A stretch of 64,000 nucleotides of DNA from a virus. Both the position numbers and the translations under genes were made by a program. The stretch spans positions 30,473 through 94,472 of IMG/VR virus record IMGVR_UViG_3300042923_001201. One strand, written 5' to 3'. Positions within the stretch are counted from its first letter, which is position 1. Each line of letters begins with the position of its first letter. The notes beneath the pieces were generated by a model that made no database searches, had not been told where the DNA came from, and worked only from the letters and a program-made list of their open reading frames with translations. Shown here one piece after another: positions 1-8,854 of this stretch.

Positions 1-885
1 AAACGCTTTAGTTCAAAAAGTAAATACAATGAACCAGGAACAATGGTAAATAATGGTGCAGGTGGAACAGTAACTCCATCTGCATCTGCTCAAACTAAAC
101 CTGCAGGTTACTATTCTTCAGCTATTACTGTAGCTGCTGTACCAGTTCCAGCAGCTAACGTTCTTTCAGGAACTACAATTGCAGGGACAGCTGGTACAAT
201 GCCTGATAATCGCGGTGTGGCTAAGGACGCTGTAGGAACGACGCTTTATGCTGATGGAAATCTATTTTTAAACACACCGGAAGGATACTACAATCCAACA
301 TCGTCTATCCGTTCTTATGAGGCTAATCTTGCTAATACGGCTAACTGGCGAGCTGATAGAGCTATTTTCGGGCGTGCCGGCACCCTACCTATTATTTCTG
401 CGGCTGATGATGTAGCTCAAGGCGTGGCAATATGGCCAAACAGAGATTTAGCAGTCTATCCTAGAGAAGGGTACCGAAAGGGTGGTGCGGGAGCGGGAGA
501 AATTAAGGTAACAAGTGCTCAGATGCAGTCCGTTGAGGGTAATTTAAGGTCACATAATATACGGAATGGTGTTAATATATTCGGTGTAGTTGGCTCAATG
601 ATTGAAGGAAAACGAACGGACTTTGGGTGGATTAGAGTTGATAACTACGGCGTCCAATCAGGATGGGTGGTTCTTGCTTGGAGACCAAGAATTATTGTTA
701 TATTAAAAGCAAATAATGAAAGTCCGTATACTACAGCTGTTCTAATTGAAGATTATGGAGTAAACTTTTCAACATATTTTAATCCGCCCATATTGAATGC
801 AATTGTAAGAGATGCGGGAAATGGTTTTGCCATCGCAGGAAATGCGATGGGGCCGGGGGACTACAGATACTTCGCGTCAGAATAA
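1..885 (+). CDS. Tail fibre / receptor-binding protein, C-terminal part (frame open from the window edge)
   Basis: Reading frame is open from base 1 through ATG43. Gly/Ala/Thr-rich repeats (PAGYY, PEGYY, PREGY; NIRNGVNIFGVVG) typical of Bacillales phage tail fibres. Lies just upstream of the lysis cassette. Confidence 0.7.
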   Translation, partial: KRFSSKSKYNEPGTMVNNGAGGTVTPSASAQTKPAGYYSSAITVAAVPVPAANVLSGTTIAGTAGTMPDNRGVAKDAVGTTLYADGNLFLNTPEGYYNPTSSIRSYEANLANTANWRADRAIFGRAGTLPIISAADDVAQGVAIWPNRDLAVYPREGYRKGGAGAGEIKVTSAQMQSVEGNLRSHNIRNGVNIFGVVGSMIEGKRTDFGWIRVDNYGVQSGWVVLAWRPRIIVILKANNESPYTTAVLIEDYGVNFSTYFNPPILNAIVRDAGNGFAIAGNAMGPGDYRYFASE

Positions 886-954
886 CACCACAGATTAAAC
901 ATTTATAGACCCTGGGCTATTTTATCTAGGGTCTTCCTAAATAGGAGTGATACG

Positions 955-1206
955 ATGGAACAGGGCATAATGGACATGCTTTTCAATAGAGAGACAGTAT
1001 TCTTCGCCTTATTCTTGTACTTATTTTATACGCAACTACAAGAAAAGAAAGAGCAGAACACTTTCCTTTTAAAACAACAAGGGATATTAAGTGACCTCAC
1101 AAACTCTTTTGAAAAGATGGCTCAGAACCAAGAAAAACTAACTGAGCGCATTGAAAGAATAGAAATAACGCTTGATAAAAATGGGGAGGGTTCAAAAAAT
1201 GAGTAA
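955..1206 (+). CDS. BhlA/UviB-like holin
   Basis: N-terminal TM segment (VFFALFLYLF) followed by a coiled coil; position before holin and endolysin; RBS AGGAG. Confidence 0.75.
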   Translation: MEQGIMDMLFNRETVFFALFLYLFYTQLQEKKEQNTFLLKQQGILSDLTNSFEKMAQNQEKLTERIERIEITLDKNGEGSKNE

Positions 1207-1390
1207 ATTTAAAAATTATGGTCTTTGGGTTGCCGTCGCTGCATTTATTGGTTTGATTCTTCAAGACGCAGGTGTGATTGTTACTCCTGAAAAGTTTCAA
1301 GGTTATGTTGATATTATCCTTAACATTCTTGTACTTGCAGGTATCATTAGCAATCCATCAGTAGGAAAAGGTTTTACAGATAAAAAGTAA
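1199..1390 (+). CDS. Phage holin (two TM helices)
   Basis: KFKNYGLWVAV...LAGIISNP motif; RBS GGGGAGG favours ATG1199. Confidence 0.8.
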   Translation: MSKFKNYGLWVAVAAFIGLILQDAGVIVTPEKFQGYVDIILNILVLAGIISNPSVGKGFTDKK

Positions 1391-1444
1391 ATACAATGAG
1401 GCTGGAACTATAGTGGTTTCAGTCTCTCCTAAGGGGAGAAAACA

Positions 1445-2035
1445 ATGAGATACGATAAAAGAAACCGTGCAACTCTTGACGAACTTGCTCCTAATACCCG
1501 TGCAGCTGCACTTAAATGGTACGAATACTGTGTAAAGAATAATGTTGAAATATTAATAACTGACGGTATACGAACCATTGAAGAACAGAAAGCAAATGTT
1601 GCCCGGGGCGCATCTAAAACAATGAAGTCTTATCACTTGGTCGGTCAAGCATTTGACTTTGTACCGCTAGACTCAAAAGGTAATCCTATGTGGGTTGTCG
1701 CAAAGTACTCTACAGATCCTTGGTTTGGTGCAGTTAAATATGCAATTGAACTAGGATTTGAGTGGGGTGGAGCGTGGAAATCGTTTATTGATGCGCCTCA
1801 TATGCAGTTTAACTACAAAGGTTACGGCACTGACAAAGTATTGGATAAAGCTCCAACTGAAACTAAATACGATTCGGGAGTGAAAGGTTATATGATCAAA
1901 CAGGGTGACGCTGAACAAGTGATCAAGATTCTTAGTGACTATTGGTTCCGCATGCAAGGTAATAAACCTGTCCAAGATTACACTCACTACCTTGCCAATG
2001 AGATCCGTAAGGCTGCAGGTATTGAAGTAAAATAA
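1445..2035 (+). CDS. Endolysin, M15 L-Ala-D-Glu peptidase (CwlK/Ply500-like)
   Basis: RTxEEQ, SxH...AFD, WGGxW, DxPH zinc-peptidase motifs; C-terminal HYLANEIRKAAG tail. Confidence 0.9.
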   Translation: MRYDKRNRATLDELAPNTRAAALKWYEYCVKNNVEILITDGIRTIEEQKANVARGASKTMKSYHLVGQAFDFVPLDSKGNPMWVVAKYSTDPWFGAVKYAIELGFEWGGAWKSFIDAPHMQFNYKGYGTDKVLDKAPTETKYDSGVKGYMIKQGDAEQVIKILSDYWFRMQGNKPVQDYTHYLANEIRKAAGIEVK

Positions 2036-2077
2036 AAATAGAGAGGAGGGTTATCCCTCCTTTATAGGAGGATTATT

Positions 2078-3052
2078 ATGTCAAAAAGACTAAGGGTTTT
2101 CAATGAAGAAACATGGGCAAAAGTACACGAAGATAATAAACAAATACTTGAAGATTATGTACTCGAATTACAATCAAAAAAGAAAAGCTCTGGAACAATT
2201 TATCAATATTCTGCAGATATTAAAATGTTTTTATGTTGGGTTCATGACAATTTGAAAAATGCGCCTATTTTAGAGTTAAAGAAACGTGACTTCCGAAGAT
2301 TCTTTCTATTCCTTCAAGAAAAGTCTCCCGCGCGAATTAATAGAGTTCAATGCTCAATAAGAAACCTACTAGAATTTTGCACACAGGATGACGATTTATA
2401 TGAAGAATATGAAATAAATATAATGAGATCAGTTAAAGGTTTGGAAAAGGAAAAAGTAAGAGAAATACACTTTTTGTCAAATGATCAAATTGAACTAATT
2501 ATTAATGACCTTTTAGCAAAAAAACAATATCAACGCGCCTTATATCTAGCCTTATCATATGAAAGCGCGGGACGTAGAGCTGAACTTCATCAAGTTTTAA
2601 AGACTAATTTCTTAAATGACAACAAGACAAATATTGTAACAGGTAAGCGTGGTAAAAAGTTTGCGCTTAGATACTTTGGCAAATCAAAAGAAATTGCTGA
2701 ATTATATTTCACTCAACGTGGCGAAGATGATGTTGAATCTCTTTGGGTTGTTGGTGAACCTGGTGAAAGAAAAGCAGCTTCATATGAAACTCTATACAAT
2801 TGGACGATGGGATTCAGAAAGATTTTGTTCGATTTAACTGAGGAAAATATTGATTTCAACCCCCACTCTCTCCGACACTCTTCATTGGAAAATTATGCAC
2901 AAGGGACACATTATGTTCTAAGGGAGATGGGCAAAGATAAATTAGATATTAAAGTATTGAAAGTATTAGCGAATCACTCAGATATTTCCACCACGGAATC
3001 ATATCTTAAAGATAGAGACCAAGAGATTCTTAATGAGGCGTTCGGTATTTAA
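2078..3052 (+). CDS. Tyrosine recombinase (XerC/D-like integrase or resolvase)
   Basis: N-terminal SAM-like domain (TIYQYSADIKMF); catalytic R (SAGRRAE), K, HSLRH, NHS, TTESY. Confidence 0.9.
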   Translation: MSKRLRVFNEETWAKVHEDNKQILEDYVLELQSKKKSSGTIYQYSADIKMFLCWVHDNLKNAPILELKKRDFRRFFLFLQEKSPARINRVQCSIRNLLEFCTQDDDLYEEYEINIMRSVKGLEKEKVREIHFLSNDQIELIINDLLAKKQYQRALYLALSYESAGRRAELHQVLKTNFLNDNKTNIVTGKRGKKFALRYFGKSKEIAELYFTQRGEDDVESLWVVGEPGERKAASYETLYNWTMGFRKILFDLTEENIDFNPHSLRHSSLENYAQGTHYVLREMGKDKLDIKVLKVLANHSDISTTESYLKDRDQEILNEAFGI

Positions 3053-3091
3053 GGATGCCTCAATTTATATAATCCGAGGAGGAATTGTTTA

Positions 3092-4546
3092 ATGAGTGAC
3101 ACAAAAGTATTATGGGATTTATTGAACAAAGCATCGAGAATGGTTACAGATCAGACCTGGCGAGATGAATTTAATGCATTGATTAGAGCTCCTATTAATC
3201 CACTTGCTGGTGCAAAAACAAGAGCAGTATTGGATTTGTTTTACAGCTATCGAGGCAATCGAATTGTAACAGGACAACATGAATATATTGAAACTCCTTA
3301 TCAATATACAAATCACTTACGTGATAGAGTAGCCCTACAACCGTTGATAAAGGGTTTTGAGATTGGTCATTTTTCAGGACAGTCTGCAGCAACTATTCAT
3401 GCTCAACGCTCTGAAGTTGCAAATGCTGCTAATAACTGGATAAAAAACGAAAAAGGTATTGCTACGATTACCTATCATCCAGCTTATCCAGGATCCGCAC
3501 CTACATGGGCAAACGTTCAGCGAAATACAACACAAGCAGAATTTGACCAAATTGTTACACCTGGAACTACATTACACACAGCTCTAATCGCAGAACTTGA
3601 TCTTGTCGCAACTTATTTGATTCGTATGAGAGACAATGGAACCCCTATTCTTTGGCGACCTTATCATGAAATGAATGGTGGTTGGTTTTGGTGGGGCAAT
3701 AAGAATAACTTTGCACAGCTATGGGAAATTATGTATGATCGCTTTGTCAATTTTCATGGATTGCATAATCTGCTATGGGTATGGTCACCAAATGCAGAAA
3801 ACCAATGGACAACTCCTATGAAGAATTATTACCCAGGTCATTGGAGAGTAGATATTCTTGCTCAAGATATTTACAATTGGGATTTTAAACAAGAATATTA
3901 TGATTCAATTCAAGATCTTGCTCAAGGTAAACTTACATTTATCGGCGAATGTGGCGAAATGCCTAATATTGACATCTTGCAATCTACACAACCGCTTTAT
4001 ACTGCGTTCATGACTTGGGGTAAAATGCTTTGGGAAAATAATACAGAAGATAAAGTCAGAACTGTATATAATCATCAATTCACTAGGAAGCTTGTTGATC
4101 CTGTTGTAGTTATTCCTGACCCAATTGGTGATGGACTGAACGGCAAATATTACAGCGGACGCAACTTTGAAACTCTTATATTTGAGCGTATTGACCCAAC
4201 AATTAATTTTGATTGGACTGGCGGGCGAGTTAATTCATCTATGCCAACTGATAACTTCTCAATTCGTTGGACGGGTTATTTGATGCCAAAATCGACTGAA
4301 ACATATACAATCTTTACTCAATCTGATGATGGGGCGAGAGTATATATTGACGGAGTGCTTGTAACAAACAAATGGGTTAATGGCTCTGCAACGGCCCAAG
4401 GCAATATTAATTTGGTTAAGGGCCAAAAATATGAAATAGTTGTAGAGTATTATGATTCTGAATCAAATGCTAAAATCAACGTTTCATGGCAGACTCCTAC
4501 AATTGCAAAAGAGATTATTCCTCAAGAAAAACTGTTTACTGTGTAA
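3092..4546 (+). CDS. GH26 beta-mannanase-like glycoside hydrolase with C-terminal PA14 domain
   Basis: WRPYHEMNGGWFWWG (acid/base Glu), VDILAQDIY, FIGECG (nucleophile); PA14 motifs GLNGKYY, FSIRWTG, SDDGARVYIDG. No signal peptide. Confidence 0.9.
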   Translation: MSDTKVLWDLLNKASRMVTDQTWRDEFNALIRAPINPLAGAKTRAVLDLFYSYRGNRIVTGQHEYIETPYQYTNHLRDRVALQPLIKGFEIGHFSGQSAATIHAQRSEVANAANNWIKNEKGIATITYHPAYPGSAPTWANVQRNTTQAEFDQIVTPGTTLHTALIAELDLVATYLIRMRDNGTPILWRPYHEMNGGWFWWGNKNNFAQLWEIMYDRFVNFHGLHNLLWVWSPNAENQWTTPMKNYYPGHWRVDILAQDIYNWDFKQEYYDSIQDLAQGKLTFIGECGEMPNIDILQSTQPLYTAFMTWGKMLWENNTEDKVRTVYNHQFTRKLVDPVVVIPDPIGDGLNGKYYSGRNFETLIFERIDPTINFDWTGGRVNSSMPTDNFSIRWTGYLMPKSTETYTIFTQSDDGARVYIDGVLVTNKWVNGSATAQGNINLVKGQKYEIVVEYYDSESNAKINVSWQTPTIAKEIIPQEKLFTV

Positions 4547-4555
4547 AATAAAACA

Positions 4556-4580
4556 AGAGAGGGGAAGCTTCCCTCTCTCA
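4556..4580. terminator. Bidirectional intrinsic terminator between convergent GH26 and SASP genes
   Basis: GAGAGGG-gaagctt-CCCTCTC hairpin between two stop codons. Confidence 0.7.
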
Positions 4581-4588
4581 TTTCAACC

Positions 4589-4930
4589 TTAGTGGAGTTG
4601 CTGATTTGGTTCAGGAACAATAGGTGCATTAGCATAAGACTCAGCGCTTGTCCGAGAAATTTCTTCCTGCATGTCCTGTACATACGAATTTAAATCAAGA
4701 TTGGATTGGGAAGGATCTTGCTGTGCCAAGTACTTTTCACCCATCTCGATCAAACGTTTCGTCATTGTACCGCCTATCAAACCGTGAAGCCGAGCTGGTA
4801 GAGCGCCTTTGTCGATTTTATCATAATTCTGTACTCCTAGTTCAGCAGCAATTTCATTCTTGAACTTCGAAAGAAATTGATCAGCACCGGGCACTACGAG
4901 ACTATTACGATTTCCTCTTCCTTTGGCCAT
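4589..4930 (-). CDS. alpha/beta-type small acid-soluble spore protein with acidic/Gln-rich C-terminal extension
   Basis: LVVPGA..L.KFKNEIAAELG...GLIGGTMTKRLIE is the SASP signature; RBS AAGGGAGTGG supports start at 4930 (MAKGRG). Confidence 0.9.
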   Translation of the reverse strand: MAKGRGNRNSLVVPGADQFLSKFKNEIAAELGVQNYDKIDKGALPARLHGLIGGTMTKRLIEMGEKYLAQQDPSQSNLDLNSYVQDMQEEISRTSAESYANAPIVPEPNQQLH

Positions 4931-5015
4931 TCTTACCACTCCCTTAGGTTTTTGGTAACAATCTATACCTAAAGGTGGCGCGAACAATCCACCACTAGGT
5001 CGATTGTTACATTTA

Positions 5016-5045
5016 TATTATTGACAAATGAATGCTCTTGTATAC
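5016..5045 (-). promoter_or_regulatory. Putative sigma-G (forespore) promoter of the SASP gene
   Basis: Minus strand GTATA-18 bp-AATAATA matches the sigma-G consensus GHATR-N17/18-MAWAMTA; predicted +1 near 5010. Confidence 0.6.
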
Positions 5046-5068
5046 ACTATTTTGAAACCAATTCATGA

Positions 5069-5347
5069 TTATGCCGTGAGTTTTTCAAATTTACTACCCT
5101 TCTTTTTATATATGGTAACTATTGCTGATTCCTTAGTAATTATTATCCATTTCCCCGAAGTCCAAATTTCTGCCATCTTATCTCTTTTTTCATAACAAAC
5201 AAAGGTTGCCTTTTCCATCATTTTAAGTATTTCTTCCATTGCTTCGTTGTAAGTGTTTATAAACTTGTTTCTTTCCACGAATTGCTTTACTACGTGATAG
5301 CTACATCCCCAAACCTTACCTATCTTCTTCTCACAAATCATTCCCAT
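5069..5347 (-). CDS. Small basic protein, possible RelE/colicin-E5-like RNase fold
   Basis: H..K.F.ER helix and terminal IVTIY strand; own promoter at 5384-5412. Confidence 0.35.
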   Translation of the reverse strand: MGMICEKKIGKVWGCSYHVVKQFVERNKFINTYNEAMEEILKMMEKATFVCYEKRDKMAEIWTSGKWIIITKESAIVTIYKKKGSKFEKLTA

Positions 5348-5448
5348 GTCATTCTATCCTCCATTTGTATTAGTTTATAATTAATTATATCATATTTACA
5401 TTTATTTGTATATAGAAAAAAAGAGGAGATTAGAATCTCCCCAATTTG

Positions 5449-5607
5449 TTAATAGTTAAAGACCTTGATTACGTTTTGAAATATAAGCGGCTGTCCATGA
5501 GGAACAACTAAAATTCCTCGATGAAATTCACTTTGATAAACGTCAACCTTAAACCCAAATTCGAAGAATAATTCGGCCTGAAGTTGTTTTAATTGTTCAT
5601 CGTTCAT
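5449..5607 (-). CDS. Hypothetical 52-aa protein (not in ORF track)
   Basis: MNDEQLKQ...KVFNY*; ATGA overlap with the stop of 5604-5936. Confidence 0.55.
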   Translation of the reverse strand: MNDEQLKQLQAELFFEFGFKVDVYQSEFHRGILVVPHGQPLIFQNVIKVFNY

Positions 5608-5936
5608 TCCTTCAATCCTTTCAAGTTAACATCCCAGGTTTCTCCGTTGTTGTCAATATATTGAATTTGAACATATTTAAGTGTATGACAGTATCCATCC
5701 CAACCATTATATGGAATATCTAAATCATGTTCATTGTAGTAATTAGGGAGCTGATATGATAACCCATAATTATTTTGTAAATCTACCAAAGCATCTGCGA
5801 TAGTTTCTTCAAATTCTTCTTTTGAATATGTGTTTTCAGTTGTAATATAATCTGCGTCATTTGAGTCAGCGACAATAGTTACAATAAATTTATCTCTTTG
5901 TTTACTTTCAGGTTTTGTTAAAGTATATTTTTCCAT
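5604..5936 (-). CDS. Hypothetical phage protein
   Basis: 110-aa ORF with RBS AAGGAG, in the minus-strand operon. Confidence 0.6.
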   Translation of the reverse strand: MEKYTLTKPESKQRDKFIVTIVADSNDADYITTENTYSKEEFEETIADALVDLQNNYGLSYQLPNYYNEHDLDIPYNGWDGYCHTLKYVQIQYIDNNGETWDVNLKGLKE

Positions 5937-6813
5937 TTTAATGTCTCCTTATATAGTTTTTTTGGGAGGTGGCAACAGACGTGAAATCGAAGGTTTGTAT
6001 TTATTATAAGAGAATAGAGGACAAGTTTTAGTGTCAGTTAATTCCATTCTTCCTCTATTACAATAGATAGTCTTTTTATAATTTATTACTTTCTTATCTG
6101 AAGTTAAAGTGGGAGCAAGTTGATGCATTGTACAATGAACACAATTAAGACATGTTTTTTCCTTTTTCTTAAACCATTTCATCAAAATCTCTCCTTAATT
6201 AAAATCGACATTTTATTGCTAAAATTGCTCCCTATATCTTACTTTCATAGCATGATTAGGGAGCAAAATGATGATTATCAAGCTAAATTATTGTCCTCTA
6301 AGATATTGCACGTACCATTATATAGATCAAGTGGTACATCTGTTTTTGAATATCCACTTCCACTAATAGTTTCTGCTAGTTCTTTAATATTTTTATTAGA
6401 AGATTTTCTAAGAGAATCAATAACAATATCTGTATATGATTTTGCAAAAATTTCATTAATTACCATTACTTCTGCTAAGGACAATTCAACGGAAATAAAA
6501 ACCTCATGAGGATTAAGGGGCGTCTTATCTTTTTTAATATACTTCATAATTATTCATCCTTTCCTAATACAAGTTTAATTTCATCGGAGGTATAAAATTT
6601 TTGTTTGTGAGCTATACTTGAAGCAAGTTTACTAATTGTGTCATATGTTAAACTTAGATTTGAAGTTTTGAGATTTACAGCAGCATACTGACCAAAAGCA
6701 ATTTTAACAATAAGATAAGGATCACCTGAAGATTCACCTATAATAACACATCCAACACCCAATATATCTTTATTTTTCTTTTCTTTAATTTTAATTTGCA
6801 TTGTTAATTCCTC

Positions 6814-8007
6814 CTATTCTGATGCTTTGAAATTATATAAAGGTTTGATAATATCAACAATATCTACTGATTCTCCAACATTATCAAGAATTTCCTCAAT
6901 GGGTTTATAAGCAAATGGTGATTCATCAAGGGTACTTTGATTAACAGATGTTGTCCAAATATCTTTCATTGTATCTTTAAATTCATCAAGATTAACAAGT
7001 TCCTTTGCTTTTGATCTACTCATCAGACGTCCTGCGCCGTGAGGTCCCGAAAAATTCCAATCAGCATTCCCTTTACCTCGTGCGATAATTGAACCATCTC
7101 TCATATTAATTGGGATGATTACAATTTCTCCACTTTGAGCAGAGATCGCGCCTTTTCGCAAAATCATGTTTTCCATATCAATGTAATTATGGATTGTTGT
7201 GAAGCCACCGATTTCTGTCCAACCCATACCACTGATAATCTCTGCCATCATTGCTTTTCTACTAACTTCAGCATATTTTTGAGCAATTTTCATATCATGC
7301 ATATAGTCTTCGAAACCTTTACCTTGAAGATATGCAAAATCCTTATTTACTTTTCCTGATTTAACACTTTTAAGCATTGTTTCAATTTCAGAATGTCTTC
7401 CTTCTTTTTGTAACTTTTTAATTAGTTCATCTTTTTCGTGTTTTACACTTGTGAGTTCATCATAGGCTCGTTTTTGATAATATTCAGCAATCTGTTTTCC
7501 AAGATTACGTGAGCCTGAGTGAATTACAACTGAAATGTAACCAGAGGATGTTTCATTTACCTCAATGAAGTGATTTCCTCCACCCAATGTACCGATACTG
7601 AGTTGTGCTCGATCAAAGTTAAATGGGGCTCGAACATCTTTCAGATTGGTAATTTGTTTGGCATAATGATGAATACTTCCTCTGATATTGAAACCACTCG
7701 GAACTTGTTTGCGAATTACTTGGTCAAGTTTATCGAAGTTAATTTCATCCTTTTTAACTTCAAAGAATGAAACCTCCATTCCACACCCAATGTCCACGCC
7801 AACAAGATTAGGAACAATCTTGTCAGTGATAGTCATTGTAGTACCAATTGTGCATCCTGCACCAGCGTGAGTATCAGGCATGATGCGGATTTTAGAGTCC
7901 TTTACAAACTCCTGATTACAAAGTGAAATAATTTGACCCAGAGCGGTTTGTTCTACGTTGTCTGTAAAAATTTTTGCACTGTTGTATTTTCCATTTACTT
8001 CAATCAT
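6814..8007 (-). CDS. rtcB: RNA ligase RtcB
   Basis: MPDTHAG, GVDIGCG, GTLGGGNHFIE, HSGSR, HNY, RKGA, HGAGR, DESPxAYK. Confidence 0.95.
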   Translation of the reverse strand: MIEVNGKYNSAKIFTDNVEQTALGQIISLCNQEFVKDSKIRIMPDTHAGAGCTIGTTMTITDKIVPNLVGVDIGCGMEVSFFEVKKDEINFDKLDQVIRKQVPSGFNIRGSIHHYAKQITNLKDVRAPFNFDRAQLSIGTLGGGNHFIEVNETSSGYISVVIHSGSRNLGKQIAEYYQKRAYDELTSVKHEKDELIKKLQKEGRHSEIETMLKSVKSGKVNKDFAYLQGKGFEDYMHDMKIAQKYAEVSRKAMMAEIISGMGWTEIGGFTTIHNYIDMENMILRKGAISAQSGEIVIIPINMRDGSIIARGKGNADWNFSGPHGAGRLMSRSKAKELVNLDEFKDTMKDIWTTSVNQSTLDESPFAYKPIEEILDNVGESVDIVDIIKPLYNFKASE

Positions 8008-8831
8008 TATTGTTCCTCCCCGGTTGGTCGACCAAAGATTTGGTAAAATTCTTCGAGTGTCATAATATCATCTTCTTGAAAATTTTCGCCTTCTAGCAGT
8101 GTTGTTTGTCTGTATGGCGGATAGTAAATTTCCTGATAATCATATAAAACATTAGGGTCACTTTCTTTAATGATCTTAATTGTTTTTTCTACTGTTTCGT
8201 CCAGATAATTTAAATTAATATATTCATATCTTGTATGTTCGTTGAAATATCCAATTGAAAGATTTACCGCGGCAAGATCCCAAATTGGAGCAAGAATAGA
8301 TATATCAGAGAATGAACCGTAATTAAGTTCAAATCCAAAATCCAAGATGTGTTGCTGAAAATCCTCATTGCCGCAATCATAGAAAACTGCATCCTTATTT
8401 CCGCGTCGGTCGAACTCAATCATGAAGTTAACATTTGGAATATCAAGACCATATGCAGCAACCCTGGCTCCAACACCACCAACCTCTTCGTCGTGTAAGA
8501 AAATGACATGAGGTTTACAATGTTCAAGGACCTTAAGGATACCGTAAACCCCAGCTCGATCATCTCCTCCAATTCCTTGAGGCGACCACATAACCCGATG
8601 TTCAGCATCAAAGAATATTTCTGTAGGTATTTCACGGTGAACAGTATCGAGATGTGCTACCAGGAGTACGGGAATGTCTCCTGGAGCGTAGATATAACGA
8701 TTCTGTGGATGAGCCAAATCTCTTGAAATTTCTTCCTGTGGTTCATATCCTTTTTTAATAAGATAATCATAAAGGTATTCGTGAAGCTGACCTTGTGTTA
8801 ATTTAATAATATCATAAAGTACTTTTTCCAT
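8007..8831 (-). CDS. M28-family zinc peptidase
   Basis: LVAHLDTVH, GGDDRAG, DEEVGGVG, EFDRRG, SFSDI, NLSIGY..EH. Confidence 0.85.
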   Translation of the reverse strand: MEKVLYDIIKLTQGQLHEYLYDYLIKKGYEPQEEISRDLAHPQNRYIYAPGDIPVLLVAHLDTVHREIPTEIFFDAEHRVMWSPQGIGGDDRAGVYGILKVLEHCKPHVIFLHDEEVGGVGARVAAYGLDIPNVNFMIEFDRRGNKDAVFYDCGNEDFQQHILDFGFELNYGSFSDISILAPIWDLAAVNLSIGYFNEHTRYEYINLNYLDETVEKTIKIIKESDPNVLYDYQEIYYPPYRQTTLLEGENFQEDDIMTLEEFYQIFGRPTGEEQ

Positions 8832-8854
8832 TTTTAAATTCCTCCTAATTGGTG

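Noticed and set aside
2036-3091. attP site beside the recombinase
   Set aside because: The flanks are only about 40 bp and hold hairpins and RBSs; no core or arm repeats are visible.
5021-5048. + strand TTGACA-N16-TACACT promoter
   Set aside because: Short spacer, no + strand gene downstream, and it overlaps the better-supported sigma-G-type promoter.
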